This document shows positions 58,559 through 64,000 of a stretch of 64,000 nt of DNA, piece by piece. Origin of the DNA: Eledone cirrhosa (taxonomy: Eukaryota); assembly GCA_964016885.1 (NCBI GenBank), contig OZ024743.1, positions 239,506,001-239,570,000 on the forward strand, read 5' to 3'. The notes under the pieces were generated by a model that was not told where the DNA came from, did no database searches, and saw nothing but the letters and a program-made list of their open reading frames with translations. The first letter of the stretch is position 1; each line of letters opens with the position of its first letter. Both the position numbers and the translations under genes were made by a program.

Positions 58559-59639
58559 TACACCGCTACGATCACCATCACCATGGACATGAACAGCATT
58601 ATCTTCATAATTATTACTGCCACCACCAACGACGTCTCAACCTCCATCACATACAACAGCAGTACTACCATGAAAAGACTATTATTACAATATCCGCAAT
58701 ATCACTATCCTAATATTATGACCATTAATTCTAGTATCATCAACAATGCTACTACCCTATTCTGTATAAATACCGCTTTTTTTGTTTTCAATTGCATGTT
58801 CTTGCATTGTTTGTTGGAACGTTTGTGAACTCAGAACTTCATGAATGTAAGAATTAGATATAAATGTATAGAAGGAAAAGTCTGTGGATGTGGAAATCGA
58901 TGTTTTCAATTATGGACGTGTATATATATATACGGTTGGAAATGAGGCGTGTGAGAATGGAGCGTTTAATAGTGTGTGGCGTGGAGTGTGGAAGTGTGAA
59001 AGTGTAGAAGGGTAAATATTTGATAGTATAGTTGGGAAGATATGAAAATGTGGATGTGAGATGTGGAATTATAGGTTAATATATAAATATATATCTATTA
59101 CACATAGGCATATATGTTTGTGCGTGTGTGTACCACTAATGAATATATTGAGTCATAATAAGGAATAAATGACAGTAGGGAAATTTGAGAAGAAATAGGG
59201 AGGGACTCCGGGACTTATTCAGAAAGAGTTATCTAAAAATAAATGAACATCAAACAATAACAGAATGTCTGAAAAATACGAAGGCGGGTAGATACATAAA
59301 GATATAAACAGATCCATAAAGCAAAAGAGAGAGTGGGAGAGAGAGTGGGGGTAATGAATGATTTTTACTGAGTTATGTATCTGGAAAGGTTACTAAATAG
59401 ACATAAATAATATGATGCCAATTATGTAATAGAGAACTGAAAAGAATGACAGATGGATAGTAGGGAAAACATGGAATATCGAGAAAAAGAGAAATGTTGG
59501 ATAGAATAAATACTTCGAGATATTTGTTCTGTCTCTTTGCGTCATGAGTTCATCGCACACCGCCAACAACTTTGTCTTTCATCATTTCCAGGTCGATAAA
59601 CAGACTACCAGTCAATTATTGGGGATCAATATTTCTCTT

Positions 59640-59680
<41 letters not shown>

Positions 59681-59686
<6 letters not shown>

Positions 59687-59975
59687 CAAATAGTGAAAAC
59701 AATGAAATTCAACAAAATACGGGTAATTCATAGTAAAACTCATTATTTTACGATCGTTTCTGGGGGGGGGGGATAGTTCTCCGTATGTTCATTCTATTAG
59801 TGATCTATGTAAAATATATTACAAATGATCAAAGTAAGAAAATATACATACGTCTTAATTATCGCATGTAACCATAGAATTAGAAAGACATTCAAGTATT
59901 ATAAATACAACTAAACAAATAAAGAAAAATATAAAAGAAAAAAAATTATATATATATATATGTGTGTGTGTGTGC

Positions 59976-60011
<36 letters not shown>

Positions 60012-60860
60012 TATATTTCATCCCTATAAGTGTTTTAAATAATTAACTACTAATGAGCACTATATATTACATTATATTCAACACTCTAACAAAACTTTAA
60101 CAGACATGCATTTAAACCTATTAAGAAAACCAGATTATTAATGAGATTTGTTATTCGAAAATAAAATTCCCTACAGGTAAAACTTCATTCTGACGACTCT
60201 AACACAATACAATACTTACACTTAATTTTATTATTTTCTCTCCCCCTTTTTATTTTTTTATCTAAATTTTACTTTCCTTTGGTTCCATCTATATTCCTCT
60301 ACTTGTTCTATTTTTAGAACAAATTATTTCTCTTGAACAAAGAAATAACAAATATTTAGGAATGTTCTATACTATTCTACTTGATGTAACACACTGATAT
60401 CTGCACCCCTTTTCCTCCAACTTTAATCTTCTTTGACCATCCACACGTTTCTATACAATATGTATAAATTCCTTTACATTCGCAACTTTCTTTTCTTAAA
60501 GGTCATTCGATACCTCATCCCCTGACTGCTAATTTATTCATCTACTACTACCAGCTTAATGATCTATATTGCCCCTTCCTATTTTTACTATTGGTCGATC
60601 TCAACCTTGTTTATAAAACGTTACTTATTCATACATGTTTTTATATTCTTCAATAAACAAAACTAATTATTTCTGAAGACGGCGGGTAGAGAAGACGTAT
60701 GTATATTTCCTTACTTTGATCATTTGTAATATATTTTACATAAATCACTAATAGAATGAACATACGGAGAACTACCCCCAGAAACGATCGTAAAATAATT
60801 TTTACTATGAATTACCCGTATTTTGTTTAATTTCATTGTTTTCACTATTTGTATTATTTT
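59681..60860 (+). mobile_element. PLE 3' remnant (60010-60860) preceded by an inverted terminal piece (59681-59856), upstream of the POU4 exon
   Basis: 59681-59856 is the reverse complement of ~60692-60858. Confidence 0.75.
60665..60800 (+). ncRNA. Type I hammerhead with a ~100-nt stem II domain
   Basis: AATTATTT-CTGAAGA-CGGCGGGTAG..CTACCCCCA-GAAA-CGATCG-TA-AAATAATT: 8-bp stem I, ACGATCGT palindrome, GUA site. Confidence 0.8.
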
Positions 60861-61010
60861 CACTCTGCCTCCAATGAATTATATCGTTGAAATTTTGTAT
60901 TTTAAACTTTGCTTCACGACACCTACATATGGATTCCATTGAGTTCTCCATACGGCTTGGACCCTACCATTAATTGGTGGATTTATCTGTGTATATATAC
61001 ATATATATAA

Positions 61011-61098
<88 letters not shown>

Positions 61099-61169
61099 AT
61101 TGGCACATTCAGCAAGCGAATAAAGAGAATGGTTCTGAACATATCCTGGAAAACGCACGTAGGATCGTT

Positions 61170-62140
61170 CTGCGGTTCAGATCCCCGCCTTTCTGACATC
61201 CTAATTCATAAGAGGCTCGAAGAAGCAGACATGTGAAACGTCCTAATGAACCTGCTGTCAGAGTTCTTTCTGGAAACCCGATGTGTGCTGACGAGTTGAA
61301 AGGACACACATCACTCTGAAGCGTATTCGTGAAGATGATACCGCGTTGGAGACAAGCGAAATTCAAACGGTAATGCATTCTGGACAGGATGAGGCAGTCT
61401 TGTGTTCTGATACTTTCTTCTTCCACAGAGAGAAGAGGATGCTGTATCGTTTCAGATTGTCCTTGAGTGTTTGTCTTTGAAGCGCATGAGTGGTCTTCCA
61501 ACTGGCCTGCCTGTCGGAAACTGACCAAAATTTAGCTGCTTAGGAAGCTTGCTATCGCTCATACGAGAAAGATGTTCTGCCTACCTGGACTTTCACGAGG
61601 ATAGCTTCAATACCTGAAATGTTGCATTTAGTCAGAACTCACTCCTTCTAATGTGATCGGTTAGTTTTATGTTGCAGATGGGTACGCAAGCATCGCAAAC
61701 TGATTGATGTGACTTCCGCAACATAAAGTGGTGAAGTCCGTACTACCAACCTATAGACATCAATTTTCACTTTTAATGAGACATCGAGCGTGTTCCAAAG
61801 CCTGTGGTAAAGCCTAGTGGAGGCAGAGCTAACATTCCCAATCCTGCAATCTCTTTCTTTGTCCATCTTTGCATCATTGGATACAATGGAGCCAAGCTAG
61901 GTGGAGGAGCAAACGGATTTCAAGACATCTCCATCGATATTAACAGTATCAAAAGCAGCGGAAGGATGGTCGTGGGAAGGCTGATGGACAAGCTAATTTT
62001 TGTGTAATACTGATGGTCAGAGCAAAAGCTTTAGACGCAGCAGGAAAATAGTCAGCTAAACATTTCCTCAAGTTTGCGGGCCACAAGTGCACAGTTGTCT
62101 GCAGAGAGCAGGTTTCCATTATGGTCTTAGTTTCTCCCTT
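61170..62140 (-). mobile_element. Decayed RTE/BovB-like LINE 3' portion
   Basis: ASKAFALTIS, LGSIVS..KMDKE..RIG and LKVKIDVYRLVVRTSPLYVAE. Confidence 0.7.
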
Positions 62141-62162
62141 GAATGCATTTATGATTCTTCCC

Positions 62163-62225
<63 letters not shown>

Positions 62226-62255
62226 CACACACACACACATACATACACATGTACA

Positions 62256-62291
<36 letters not shown>

Positions 62292-62947
62292 GCGAAGGGT
62301 AACCTGGAAGCAGGGCATGCAGTCCAATCGCCATGGCGGAAAGTGGGGCTGTGCAGCATTAACCCCCCCCCCCCCATTCCCTCTAAATGACCCACCCAGT
62401 CAAAGCCTCATGTAGTGTTATCTAGTGTGTGTGAGTTATCTTTTTATGTGTCTACGATTTAGCAAGCCTCCAAAATTCTGCTTGCTTCAACCGACGCAAT
62501 TGATCAACTCAAGATTCTATAACGCATGCACGCACCCTTCGCCCCCGATATATATATATATATTGTGTGTGCCTGTGAGTGTGTATACATGTGAAATTAT
62601 GTGTAATAAAAAGGGAGACCATTATGTGTAATAAAAAGTAGAGTACCATTAGAAAAAGAACCATAGAGCAACATAATACGGAAAGATTAAGTGAGGGTAA
62701 AGCAATGTAAAGGAGACGGAGAAAAATAATGGCATTGCTGGTGTTTATGTATACAGTAATAAATAGACATCTCATACATGTGTTGTTGAAGTTATGGATG
62801 TAGTTCTTATGATCGTCATGGAAGTTATTGATACAGATAATACAGTGCTGTGTTTGACATTTAAACGCAATGACTGGAATATACATGTCTCACTGAATCT
62901 GGTGCATTTATGTATATATATACATATAATGTTCACACATTTTTCAC

Positions 62948-63002
<55 letters not shown>

Positions 63003-63113
63003 CTATGTATATATATATATATACATATATATGTATATATACAGGATACATACATACGTATGCATATTAATACGTACACACATATATACATGTACATATA
63101 CACAGACAGACAG

Positions 63114-63262
<149 letters not shown>

Positions 63263-63542
63263 CATATTGTCAGATATGCAGCGCGGAAAAGTGGAATAGA
63301 CTCTCACAGGTCTCTTCTAAATACGCTACCTAAATACAGAACTAGGTTTTTTCAATAGATACCCTCACGGATCGAAATATTAGATTTTTCAAATTAACTC
63401 TTGTTCTTTCTCTGAACACACGTTACCCGTTTTCTAAATCCATAAATTATCTCCCTTACACGTTTGTTCCGCTATTTAGATGTCTCACACTAAAGGTAAA
63501 AAAGTATTTTCAGTGATTAATCATCACCACTGACTTTCTTTT

Positions 63543-63668
63543 ATCTCTCTGAAGAGGGTGAAGTGTGATCGGAGAATCATATATATTCTGGAGATGATGA
63601 TGTATGATGTATTTTCCAACATTTGAATAATTCGGGGTCATATTTCATTCGAAACATTTGCAAGAGAT
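63543..63668 (+). ncRNA. Type I hammerhead with long stem II and a U16.1-to-C change
   Basis: ATCTCT-CTGAAGA-GGGTGAAGTGTGATC..GGTCATATTTCATTC-GAAA-CATTTG-CA-AGAGAT; 15-bp GU-rich stem II. Confidence 0.75.
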
Positions 63669-63734
63669 TAAAAACATTTATTTGATGAAAGTGGATTGAG
63701 TTTCCACTGATACTTTTGTATGTATGTATATATG

Positions 63735-63836
<102 letters not shown>

Positions 63837-64000
63837 AATTATAAAAACAATTAAAGTTTAAGCAAAGAATCGCTGCTTTCACCCTTAACGGAATCTTCTG
63901 AAACAAAGAAAAATCAATCTGTGGACGCAGAAGTCAATATTTCGAAAAACGTTACAGCCGAAGGAAAACAGGAAGACGATACTTTGGTTCGTGAAGACGT

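Overview
AT-rich animal genomic DNA with very dense (TA)n/(CA)n microsatellites; by repeat content probably a cephalopod such as Octopus (inference). Most six-frame ORFs are microsatellite artefacts. The only host coding sequence I can support is the 900-bp terminal exon of a class IV POU gene (POU4/Brn3 type, minus strand, 57206-58105); I did not find its upstream exon(s) in the window. The rest is decayed mobile elements: two Penelope-like elements (PLEs) with RT and GIY-YIG, many PLE-type terminal repeats, RTE, CR1 and CRE-like LINE fragments, tRNA-derived SINEs, mariner and Helitron-type pieces, and a 79-bp minisatellite. The main hidden signal is about 15-20 type I hammerhead ribozyme (HHR) motifs from several unrelated repeat families. 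They include minimal dimer-type HHRs, HHRs with long stem-II insertions, a U3/A8 compensatory core variant and a family-wide CAGAAGA (U4A) variant. Some sit in short non-coding units with direct repeats (retrozyme-like), and several fold-back hairpins turn inside an HHR. All folds were read by eye, repeat boundaries are approximate, and no activity is demonstrated.
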